Source of the DNA: Lama guanicoe
Lineage: Eukaryota
Length of the DNA stretch: 64,000 nucleotides
NCBI GenBank assembly: GCA_013239625.1
Contig: MU053881.1
Span: 13,282,879-13,346,878 of the forward strand
Reading direction: 5' to 3'
Positions 52,222 to 64,000 of this stretch are shown piece by piece. Numbering within the stretch: the stretch's first letter is position 1; the number at the start of each line of letters is the position of its first letter. The notes under the pieces were generated by a model. It searched no databases. It worked only from the letters and a program-made list of their open reading frames with translations, and had not been told where the DNA came from. The position numbers and the translations under genes are program-made.

Positions 52222-52738
52222 CTAAGATGTGCACTTTTAAAGCGTCCATATCTATGACTTTGGGCTCTGTCTTACAATTGGTCATGCCTTATGCTCACTC
52301 ATCTTCAGGTCTGGTGAGCTCTGTCCTTTGAAGCTGCCTTTTCTGTTCTAGAACAAATGGAGGTCCATCAATGGCAAAGGTAAAATATTGGACAAAACTC
52401 TGTCTTCGCTCCCTCATCCCTCTCTCCAGCTGGTAAAAGCAGTCCCTTTGTCTTTTCTCTTCTCTCTACTGAACCTGAGCCAAGATCGTTGATTTGAAAA
52501 TTCAGAGATTTTCTATGGTGTGCGAGGATATTTCAAGGCAAGATGAATTTTTAGGACCCGGTTCTCATCCATGTTAGCTGTAATAGGGCCTCCTGTACAG
52601 AACCATCTTTGTTTTTACTTGTGCAGGAGATCACTGGGGTGGTCCACTGATTCCTCTGTGTCTGAAAGGTCAATCTCAGGGCTTTTACTTGGCAGCATAT
52701 TTTCTTTCTTACTTATGCATGTATTAGGGGTACATCTT

Positions 52739-52868
52739 TTTTGGTGGTGGGGGTAACTAGGTTTATTTATTTACTTACTTATTTTTTTTAATGGAGGCAT
52801 TGGGGATTGAACCCAGGACCTTGTGCATGCTAAGCGTGCACTCTTACCACTGAGCTGTACCCTCCCCG
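52739..52868 (-). mobile_element. tRNA-derived SINE, Vic-1-like
   Basis: Same head and tail as 870-1030. TSD gtacatctt at 52730-52738 and 52875-52883. Confidence 0.85.
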
Positions 52869-53817
52869 CTAGCAGTACATCTTATAATCAGTAACATTTT
52901 AGGTTCTACTGAATGTGGTAGATGTTTTCACCACCAAGGATCCTCTTTTGTAGTATATTTGTGAAGCTGTGAGGGGAAAATAATCACTAAATGGGGTTCT
53001 TTACTATAGACCTTCTCAGACTTTTTAATATACCGTGACTCTGTGATACAGTATGCAGAATTATTCAGGTGTATTTGACCACAGAACTGTGTTTTCAGGG
53101 ACCATCTCAAGAGACTAGTATTCTGTGTTTGCTGTAGAGTGATTCCTCTTAGATTATGTCTAGCTGTCTTCTAGATCTCTCTGACTTTGCCCTTCTTCCC
53201 ACCGTCCAAGGCTTACTTGTATTTTGACATATTTTCCCTTCAAACTTCAGACATAGAAATATCCTCCCCACCTGTGCTTTAAAATCCACTCTAAACTAAG
53301 ACGAGGAATTTTCCTATGATTTCTGTGCATTTTAATCCTTAAAGCAAACTGGAAAAAGACAGTATGTGTCCCAGTCTTTAGTGAAAACTAGAGATCATGC
53401 ATTTTGAAAATTCTGTTCAGTTGAGGCACTAACGTAATAACATGTATGACCAAATTTATTAGGCTCAGAAAACAACCCAAAGACTATGATTTTCAAGCTA
53501 TAAAAATTATAATGGTGTAATTGCTCCTAATGTAAGGTTTGGTAAAACTGTTCACACATCAACAGAGACCACTGGAAAGCATATTTGAGTAGAAAAGTTT
53601 ACCTTTGTGTTTCTCCTTCATCTCCTTCCCTCTGCTCTGCACATCTGTCCACTGAAACGATCTCTCTCATTAGCAGTAATGAAATTCTCACAGCACTTAA
53701 TCATGCATGATGCAAGAAAAAAGCAAACTCCTTAACCTCTCTGTATTCTTCATCCATTCCCCCCAAGTCCAAACATTCCATTTTTTAGGTTTAAAAAGAT
53801 ATACCAGTAATGTATCA

Positions 53818-54087
<270 letters not shown>

Positions 54088-56056
54088 CTACTTGTACAAA
54101 GGAAAACCAGCAGTACCATGGACAGAGTCTATTTTCCAGTTCATTCCATTTTGGTTTGGGATGGATGAGTTTTAATTTAACCCCACTATAGTTTGCAGTT
54201 CATGACAGGATTAAGGGGGAGCTTTTGGAGGGAAAAACTGCCCTGCTATTGAGAAGCTGTTAAGATAGTAAACTCTTTTAAATAGGCATCTTGAGCATAG
54301 TGTCCTGGATAAGAAAGGAAATAATATTCCTTCACTGTCCCCAACTCTCTGAAATACAAAGCAGAGATCTTCACTGTCCTTGATCCACACGTAATCTCTG
54401 GATCCTCAGCTCTGTTTACTATTCTACCTGTGTACCTGGAATGTATGAACCACAAAACCAATAACTTCTTGATAACTGATCACGATAGATAATTAAATTA
54501 TCTTTGGGTAATATTTTGTTACATTATTAACTCTTTGGCTTTTGTACGATTTGTTCCTGATTCTTGAAAAAGCTACTCTTTTATAAGAAATTCCTGAAAT
54601 AAGTTGCATATGACTTGCTTGAGGTCGATTAGCTCAGAAGCGGCAAAACCAAATCTGAACATATTTATCTGATTCAAATGTTTGCAATCTTTCTCTTTCT
54701 GTTAATGCTGCATCATCTTCTCTATTCTGCGAATCTATCCCTACTGATTAAAATCACCTGATTATATTCAAAGCAATTTTCAAGTCAGTTGCTTTTCGTT
54801 TATTTAAATAATTGGTTGGTGTAATAATTGAGTTGGTATATGAATGATATATCCACTGATGTTCATTTAACAAATTAATATTATCAACCTAATATACCAG
54901 TTAGAGTATTGTAAGTTCCTTTGAAGTCATTTGAAAATACATGGAAAACAATTCACAGAAACCCAGTGAGAGTGGCTCAGGTTGCCTAGTGTAGAAAAAA
55001 ATCATAACTACTTCCAATGACTAGTCCCTCCCTACTTATTAGTTCTCGAGTAAGCAAGTTAACTTTCAGGGACTTCAGTCTCCGTATCTGTAAAAGTGGT
55101 GATGTAACATTCACTCTCTTGACTGTCTATGTCATGGCTGAAATTCTAAGGGAGGAAAATTTCTGTGCCGTTATTCACAACATTATTTGAGGATTAAATA
55201 TTATAAGTGAAATGCATTTTAAAGATGATAAGCAAATTATTGCTGGAGAAGATACTGTCATCCCATGTGTCTAGAACTAGATCTATGATGCCCCCTTTTT
55301 GATTAATTTTTAGAGAATCAGTCGACCACACAGCTGGTAGGTGGCTAACTTTGCTAAGCTGCTTTAAACCATCCAATATTCCCTAGTTTGTCATGAAGCT
55401 CAAGGTAGGTGATCTTTGGAAGTGATAGAATTAGGAAGAAACACTGAGACTTGTATTAAATCATATTTTTGATACATGGTCACCGTGGTAGGGAATAGAC
55501 TGACTCTGAACTTTGGAGGTGTTACAGAAAGTCCTGGGGCATTATCCGTGTTACCTATGGTTTAGGAAATATTGGCTGGAAAATAGCCCCCAAATTTACA
55601 TTTCAATGATAACTTGAGCAAAGAGCAAGATAATTAAATGTCAGCATTTGGAGACCAGAGCAACCCAGTTTCAAATACCAGCTTTCTAAATTGCTGAATG
55701 ACTTTGGGAAAATTGCCTCACAATTCTTAGCTTCTGAATTTTTTGTAATTATTTCCTCGTAAGTTAATTTTAATAAGCCTAACTGAGAAGGCTATTGTGA
55801 ATATTAAATAAAACAATATAATAAAGTATTCAGCACTTAGCCCGATACTAAATGCATAGTTAATAACTTATTATGAACAGCTTTAATCCTTTATGATAAA
55901 TCCTTGCTAAAGTGAGTTTCATTTTTTTTTTTTACCCAAATTTTGGTTTATGTAGGCAGCTAGCTGTTAAAAGTAATTTGGGAATGGGTGTTCTTAAACA
56001 AAGTGCATCCATAAATTAAAAACAGTGAAGAATAGCATAAAGAGAAAGGTGTGTCG

Positions 56057-56080
56057 TGTGTGTGTGTGTGTGTGTGTGTG
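56057..56080. repeat. (TG)n microsatellite in GABRA1 intron
   Basis: About 12 TG units. Confidence 0.9.
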
Positions 56081-56839
56081 AGATCTTACAATTCCTGCCA
56101 TAAGGAAAGGGGAAAAGAACCCCAAAATGTGTTAAAAATCTATTGAATTCCAAATACTGACTCTGACAATTACATATTTTATTGTATTTTCTCACCTCGT
56201 CTTTTAAATGGCACTATTTTATTTTAATTGGACTCTCAGTTTATGGGCAGCTGAAACTTAGAAAAATGAAGAATGAACCCAAAACTTGGGTCTTTCCAGG
56301 AGCAAAATTGCATGACCACACTGCCTCTAAACGAGAGAGAGCCCGGAAGGTCAAGAAGATGACGTTTAAGACCTAAGATGGCTTCAGCTCTGTTGCGTTT
56401 CAGATGCTATTTAATAAACTGTTATAAGGTACAACTTTGGGTTTTTTTTCCCCTTTTGGTATTTTTTTCTTTAAATCCCCATGACCTTCTCAGGCATCCC
56501 TAACAGCTCAGAGAAGTGTGCTGAATGCAGACTGAAAAGAATAGAAATGTGTACTAAATAAATGTTAAGAGGCTGAAGGTCTTGGAAAGTTGTATTTGTG
56601 ATTTTATTGAACTTAAAACATTAGAAATATATAACTTGATACAGGGAACTACTTCCTGCAGTTGAGTTTACAGATATGTAGCTATGTTCACCAAAAGGGC
56701 ATGAGTCGGCTGAGACAGAAGATAGTCGAAAATGTTAAGAGCAAGGTTTTTGACTTCTAAAACATTCCAAAGTGATCTGGAGAATATCCAAAAAAGGAAA
56801 GATAGGATTTGTTGGGGACAGAGAAGGGAAAGTCAGCAC

Positions 56840-56911
56840 ATATTTATTTATTTTTATTGAAGTATAGTCGATTTACAATGTTGTATTAATTTCTGGTGTA
56901 TAGCGTAGTGA
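56840..56911 (-). mobile_element. Very short L1 3' terminus
   Basis: ttgaagtatagtcgatttacaatgttgtattaatttctggtgtatagc, flanked by aaagtcagca/aaagtgagca TSD. Confidence 0.7.
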
Positions 56912-57004
56912 AAAGTGAGCATTTAAAAAAAATCATTTTCACTGTAGGTCTGGGCTCATTCTACAAAAATAAAATACAAAGCATAAACATATTTTCTTTT
57001 TAAA

Positions 57005-57156
57005 TTTTTTTTTAAACTTTGTATATTAGAGGGAGAAAATTAGCTTAATTTATTTATTTTATCATTATTATTTTTTTAATGGAGGCACTGGGGATTGAAC
57101 CCAGGACCTTGTGCATGCTAAGCACATGCTCTACCACTGAGGTATACCCTGCCCCC
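57005..57156 (-). mobile_element. tRNA-derived SINE, Vic-1-like
   Basis: Plus-strand core ggaggcactgggattgaacccaggaccttgtgcatgctaagcacatgctctaccactgaggtataccc with an AT-rich tail. Confidence 0.85.
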
Positions 57157-58806
57157 TTCTTCTGTGTTCTTAATTCTTAAAAATTTCTAGTAAATAGAGG
57201 GCTCAAACTACACATACGTGAAGAAGTGAACATCTGACAGGAGTTCAATCTTCAGTTCTAATTGGCGCCATAAGCGCTGGTTAATATTTACAAACTGTGA
57301 GGAAGGAAAACAGAAAGTCTGGAAGGAAGTGCCCTCTTGCTCTGCAGCTGGAACTGTTCTTGATTCAGCCGTGTTCTTCGGCTAATGTCACAGCAAAGAT
57401 TTGGCGGTTTGCAACCCAGAAGCGCCTTGCTAATTAAGTTCAGAAGAAAAGACTCATTTCTGAGCACTGGCAGCAGAATTGTTTTCCTCTGAGATAACTG
57501 ATCTTTCATACTTTGCATATTGTTGAAAGGTGATGCCAAAGGGGTCTCTGCCCATGAATAATAACCCTCAGTTTAGACTGCAAGGGTCTTAAGGCTTTTT
57601 TGTTTTATAGTAAGGAGTTTTAAGGACAGCATGAGCCTAGTAAGATGTTTTCAGAATGAACCTTGATAATTGTACCTTTCACCAATTAAATATGTGGTTA
57701 TTATTAACAAATGGATGATGCTGCTCGCGGTCACCCCCTTCCATGCTTTGCCATGGCCGCAGGGTTGATAGTGTGGTACATGGTCATCATTAAACCCACA
57801 GACTCCAGAGCTGAGAGGCTGAGTCTTACTCCAGACTCCTTCACCTATAGCTTCTGCCCTCGGGAAAGTTACCCAGTCTCTTGTTCCTTAGCTTTCTTGT
57901 CTAAACACAGGGATACTAACAGTACAGAGGCCTTTTTAGTATTATATAAGATGATACAGGGTTACTTCCTTGAACAGAGCCTGATACAAACGCCCTTAAT
58001 AAATGTTCTGCTTGATTTTATTGTGATTCAAATCTGAAGCTCCAGAATATAATCTTCGTGAGGGGAGAGGTTTATGCCACATCCCATGCCTGGCACATAG
58101 TAGGACCTCACAGTAGATTTCAAAGAAAAAGTCAGTGACTGACTGACTGACTGAATGAATGAATGATGTAGTAAGTGTTTGGTTTTCATCAGTCTGAAGA
58201 GTACAGTTAAGTCAGTGTACTACAATACAGGCAGGAAAGATCTCTTTATATGAAACATAAACTTGTAAAATAAAAAATTAGGGGGTGAGGTTTCCTAGTG
58301 GCAAAAGGTTAGTCCCCTTTAAACAAAGTTCCATTAGATTGGCTTAAAGTATCTAAGGCATTTAGAGCATTTTAATAGAAAAAAAAATTTGTAACTTTTC
58401 AGAAGTGCACACATTTGGTAAAATGAGATACCCCGGTACCAGTATGATGGTCATGGATGAGTTTTTCTACATAAGGAAAAGCCCTGCTTTCATATATGTC
58501 AGGAAGTAATTCTGCTGATATCGTCTCAGATTGTCAAAAAAAAATACACTGACACATGATTATGTATTCTAAATGTATAATTTAAATATTGATATTTCTG
58601 TGCATATTTTAATCCATCAGGATGCATTTTATGCTTGCTTCATTCCATTTCTCTCCTAAAATATCAAAGCAAATGTTCTTTAATCCTATCTATTAACATG
58701 CACTAAAACAGCTTGCTATTTGAAGAAAGATTTTTATTTTTATAATTATGTCGTAATGAGAATAGTAACTCCTTGAACCTATCCATTGGACTAAGTCCAG
58801 ATGTTA

Positions 58807-59064
<258 letters not shown>

Positions 59065-60149
59065 TCAGCAATTTGACCTTGAAAAGAAATTGTCTCTGAG
59101 TTTTTCCATCAGCAGCAAGAACCTGGAGTTTAGACATATCCTTTCTCCATGTGACATCTGGTTCCCAGAGAGAAAAGCTTTTATCCAGGAAAGAAAAGAG
59201 ATTTAAAAGACACACCAGAATGGCTCTGAGGATGAGACTGAGGTGCCAGAGATCTCACTGATATTTGTACATCCGAATCCTGGTACCTGATACACTTAAG
59301 ATACAAAGCTGAGCATCTATTTAGAGATGGGGTTTAATAAGCAATAAGGCATTGCACTAGACCCTGGTGACGTACCCCCAACAGATTAGGAGAGACTGGA
59401 TCCCCCGTTTGTCCACTGCAGGAAAGATTCAGGCTGTCCAAGTCACAGGAGCTGAGTTCCAGCCCCAGCACTTCCTCTTGGCAGCTGGCTGACCGTAGGT
59501 AAGTCATTCGGCTTAGCCCGATCTTCCAAACGAAGAGAGTGAGATAGAAGTCTCAAAATTTATTTTGGGGACCACCTTCATCAGAATCACCTGGGGAGGT
59601 TTCAAAACATGCAATTCTTTGACACACACGAAGTCTTCTTTAAGGTAGGGGCAAGGAAACCCATCTTTGTCGCTAGCTTTTGAACTTGTCCCCATTCCTA
59701 GGCCAGTCTGGGACCCAGCAGACTAGCTGGGCACTCTCCATGGTCTTTACATATGCCAAAGTCTGATCTGATTAGGAGGCCCAAAGCAATAAACACACAC
59801 CCAGACTGCAGGAGGTGGCTTTTTTTAAATTGATGTGTATTTTCTCAGTTACAACTCTTAGAAGTTTTTAGCTTTCCTCACTCTGAGTATCTACTTAGCT
59901 ATCTGTGTGTGGGTAGGAAATAGGTGTATTCTTACTAAGAAAAACCTTGCTTCCTTTGATATCCACATTTCCCTATCTTCCTCCTTCCCTTCCACTCCGA
60001 ACTTCAGCCCTCCTCATCCTGTGGTTTACGTCTCAGCCCATGGCCATCCAGCTTCAGCCCCTATAACGTGGTTAAAACTGACCATGGTCTCTTATTGTGC
60101 AAAAACTGAACATCTCAGTCTTAAAGACAATCTCAGTCTTCAAGCTGAC

Positions 60150-60960
60150 TACTCATCTTCTTTGCAGCATTAAAATTAAGCAACACTGAGGGCCCCAGCC
60201 ATCTTGATAGCAGTCTCTTGACTCACATTCTCCTTTTCTCTCTCCTTTTCAGTTCCTTTTGCTAACTCACCAGTTGTTTCCATCAGAGAGTACTGAGTTC
60301 TTTCAATCTTTAGGGCACTCATCTCCATCCTTCTGCAAAGCCCGTGTAGAGGTTCCCGGTACAGCTTTCTTCTCCATTTTTTTTCTTGACCCTAATAAGG
60401 ACTTTTCCGTCTCATCCCTGCTCCTAGGGTCATTTTTATCCAGATAACTGCAGAATCTACATCTTTAAGTGACACTGCTCCGCAAAATCACTGTATTTCC
60501 GAATATTCCATAGATACTGATTTTTCATTGATGCCATCAACTCAGTATGTTCAAAAATGATATCACTTAAACTTTTCCCTAAGAAAATAATGACCAGCAT
60601 AGAGCAGTCCTTCTTTTCTACTTAGCGTCCATCTCTAAATGAATGGCACTCCCATCTGTCTGTTCACCCAGGCTAAAAAATCCAGGATTAATCCTTGAGT
60701 GTTAGTGGACTTCCAAAAGAGAGAGAAAGGAATCGGTTGGATCAACACAATTGTAATTTCACCTGTGTGGTATCTCTTAGTCTATCTTATCTTGTGGTCA
60801 CTGCTCTTAACTTCTCTGTAGTCGTACAAAGTAAATCTACAATCATCTACTGTCTTGTTTGTCTCCAGTCACGTCCTAGCTCCAGTTTTCCCCAAATTTT
60901 GAGTTCAGAGGGGTCGTTTTAATGCACATATAAATAAGCTAAAATACCTTAATGGAGTCA
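60150..60960. mobile_element. L2 fragment (degenerate)
   Basis: Pyrimidine-rich L2 ORF2-like motifs (caactcagtatgttcaaaa, aatggcactcccatc, cacccaggctaaaaa). Confidence 0.5.
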
Positions 60961-60974
60961 CATTATCTATACGA

Positions 60975-61150
60975 GAGGTTCCCAACCTCAGCACTGCTGA
61001 CGGGCATATCAGAACAGGTCATTGTTTGTTGCAGGAGCTGTCTGGTGGAATGTAGGATATTTAGCCACACACTTTGCCTCTTACACACTAGATGTCACTA
61101 GCAAACACTCTCCCTGCCCCTCAGTGTGACAGTCAGCAATGTCTCCAGTG
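60975..61150. mobile_element. hAT-Charlie MER20-like element
   Basis: ggttcccaacctcagcactgctgac...tgtaggatatttagc...cactagatgtcactagca...aatgtctccag. Confidence 0.7.
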
Positions 61151-64000
61151 TTACATGCTAGCAAGTCAACTCCCTAACCTACATTCAAGACTCTTCACAT
61201 CAACGCTCTAATGTGTATGACAGTATCACGACTCGTGTCTCACCACACATTTTCACATCTCAGTATCTTGACCAACAGAATTCTCTACTTGACATCTTCT
61301 CTAGCTGAATATTTTGTTCATCTATGGATTGGGCTCAGTCCATAGTAGACTAGGAAGAAATGGACTGTAGAGGAGGTTTTATAGCTTTGGAAGCAAATGC
61401 ATTTGGGTTCAAAACCCAGGTATGTTATTTTCCCACTGTGTAGCCTTGAGCAACTCACTTAAACTCTCTGATCTTCAGTTTCCTCATTTATAAAATAGGG
61501 ACAAGTGTATCATGGGGGGAATAAAGAATAAGGACTCTGCTTGAGATCATGCTACATAAGAGTTTAAAATAAATCTTAGCTCCTTTCTCCATTTTCTTCT
61601 TTCATCTCTCCAGTCAGCTGGTAGAAGTATTGGTAGAAGAAATGCCCCATATACTCTCTATGGTAGGCAATCACCCATACATTAATTTATGCTTTCATGA
61701 TTTTTATTGATGATAACACCTGCCATTCACAGATCAATATTAAATAACTTCCAATTTATTTATAGTTCCTGTTTACATTTATAATAACATCACATACTTT
61801 TAATTTTAGCTCTTTTTGTGCTTATATCCCTCCACCAAATTAGCATTACGAAGAGAGACTCCTCTTTGAGTGTAGCATGGCTTCACATACCCTAAATTTT
61901 CAACTCCTGCCTTTGATGAAAAGGGATGCATGAAGCTTAAGAATACACTCTCCATTTAACACCTGCTAGCGTCTCTTTTTTGATAAGTAAATAGAATGTC
62001 AACTATTTTTTTTTGTTTTTGTTTTTGTAGATACCTTGGGTAATGTCTCCAAGGTCATCTGAAAGATGATTCAAATTTGAGAAAAATACAAAAAAAAAAA
62101 AAAAACAATTTCCCAGGAGTCTGCCTTAGATAGACATAGCCAGGGTGCATATCACTTCCCACGAGCAGGCATTATTATTCCTAACCATCCACTCAGCTGT
62201 GGCCTGCAAAATGTCACCAGCTCAAAGAGAAATCTCATCTCTCATATAATGCCAGAAAGATGAGTGTCTATATATATATTCCATTATCATCTTTTGTTGT
62301 CCACAATGTGACATTTGGGGAAGATTCCGCAAAGAATATTATTTTGGAGGAGCTATTATTTGATATTGTATTTGTTTTATAAACCACTTCCTCACTAACA
62401 AATCAGAGGAAGCGGAGGTAAAACTTCAAATCTTTTGAAGTCATCTTTTTAAATTAAATAAAATCTAAGCTTTGTACAAAATGTTGATGGAAAAAATGTT
62501 CACATATTGAGGTATAGGGAAGTCCCTCTGGCTCATACATGATGCTCACTAGCACAGCCTGTCTCGTGGCCTATCCAATGTGCCTTGTACACCGACTTTA
62601 ACTGTAAAGAAAGTAAGGCACTTAAAAACCTAAATGGAGTAACTCTGGTTCAGGCATCCAAAATGGATATGGGTGGCCATCATGGATGTGGTTTCAGACG
62701 CGTTCCTGCATCATTGAGACCTTGATTTTGCTGACCTTTATCAGACTCCAGGACACCACCAGCCATTCTCAAAACAGTTATCTCCTAGCACCTTCCAGCT
62801 GCAACCTTATGGTCTCAAGGTCTCCTCAGGGAACTATGCAGCCATTTCGGACCCCAGCCAACCCTTGCTTAACAAGCACCCTAACTTCTTGCCAGCTCCA
62901 GTTATGATTTTTGACAAGCAAGTTGTGGAATTTTATGGTTTTTGCCAACATAAGCCTCCTGTATTTTGTAGTCTGGCAGAGCACAACTCAAGCACTTCTC
63001 AGGATCAGACTCTAGTCCACAATGACGCTCAAATAAACCTCTTTCCCTATTAATAGGTTGTTTATTGATTATTTCCATCAACAGTATTTAAATAAGGAAA
63101 AGGTGGCAAAATCAGAATCACACTGTAATAGTTTAAAAATGAAAGAAAAATGCAACAAAAAAAGTCACCTAAACTGGATTGAAAGAGTATCTCCAGACAG
63201 CAAGTGCTTATGTACTAAGCGTGTCAAATTCTTCTCCTTTGATTCAACAGTCTAGAAGAATTGTAATTTAGATATCTTTGCAAATCATGTAACCCTGAGG
63301 GATGCTTGTAAATTCGAGTAAACACCTGGCTTCACTTTATTTGACTTCAGTTTTCCCATTTTGTTCAGTAAAATGACAGTGTTTTGCTTAACTATTTTCT
63401 GGGATGCTGTGAGGATAGTGTGGAATGAGAAACGTGAAATTTACTTTAAACATTTCGAGTCACGTGCAGATTTACAGTGCACAGGTGAAAAGGACAGAAA
63501 TGCATTGTCCCTCTAGCTCTAGAAATCAACCACTCATTTCTTCAACAGAATTGTAGTGGATGTCGATTCCATGTAAAGCTAACATTTTCCTTTCGAATAT
63601 TCTAAACTTTTGTGTTTTCTAAGACGCTACCTTTTTTTTTTTCCCAAAGGAAGAAGCAATCAAAAATATCATTGAGACAGGGCCAGATATTTTAACATCT
63701 GCTTCAGAGAATACTGAAATAGAAATAAGGAGACAGTGGTCATAGTTCTAGACCACTTAACTAACTCTTTGGACTTGTCTCCGCCTCTGAAATATGATTA
63801 GGTTGACCAGAAGACTGTATAAATCTCCTCCCCCTCCATCTTCCCCTTCACAAAACTGTTTTCACATTTTATGGTTCTGATTATTTCTCTGGAGATCATG
63901 TACTAGGCTGCAGAAATGGGAGCCCCAAGGCTCCTCTGGTGAATGTCAGTCACCACTGTTGCTCCCCGGTCAGTGAAAACACTTGCTTTTTGCTCATTCC

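Overview
Mammalian genomic DNA, most likely a camelid (alpaca, llama or camel), inferred from four tRNA-derived SINEs resembling the camelid Vic-1 family. The only protein-coding content is the 3' end of GABRA1 (GABA-A receptor alpha-1) on the minus strand. It comprises the last three coding exons (59039-58887, 54041-53839, 48716-48405; TM1 to C-terminus), all with canonical GT-AG junctions and a continuous frame, plus an AU-rich 3' UTR of about 2.5 kb. The remaining ~46 kb is AT-rich downstream intergenic DNA full of L1, L2, MIR, MaLR/ERV LTR and hAT remnants. I found no convincing novel gene system. The most unusual structures are: a ~210 bp palindromic MITE-like insert in the last GABRA1 intron; a tailless, CpG-rich L1 5' UTR inserted antisense inside another L1, with an apparent AT-to-GC shift; a 65 bp internally deleted SINE with a perfect 17 bp TSD; solo LTRs offering co-oriented poly(A) signals downstream of GABRA1; and an RE1/REST-like motif beside the TM2-TM3 exon. 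Repeat family names are from memory of consensus sequences and need RepeatMasker/Dfam confirmation.
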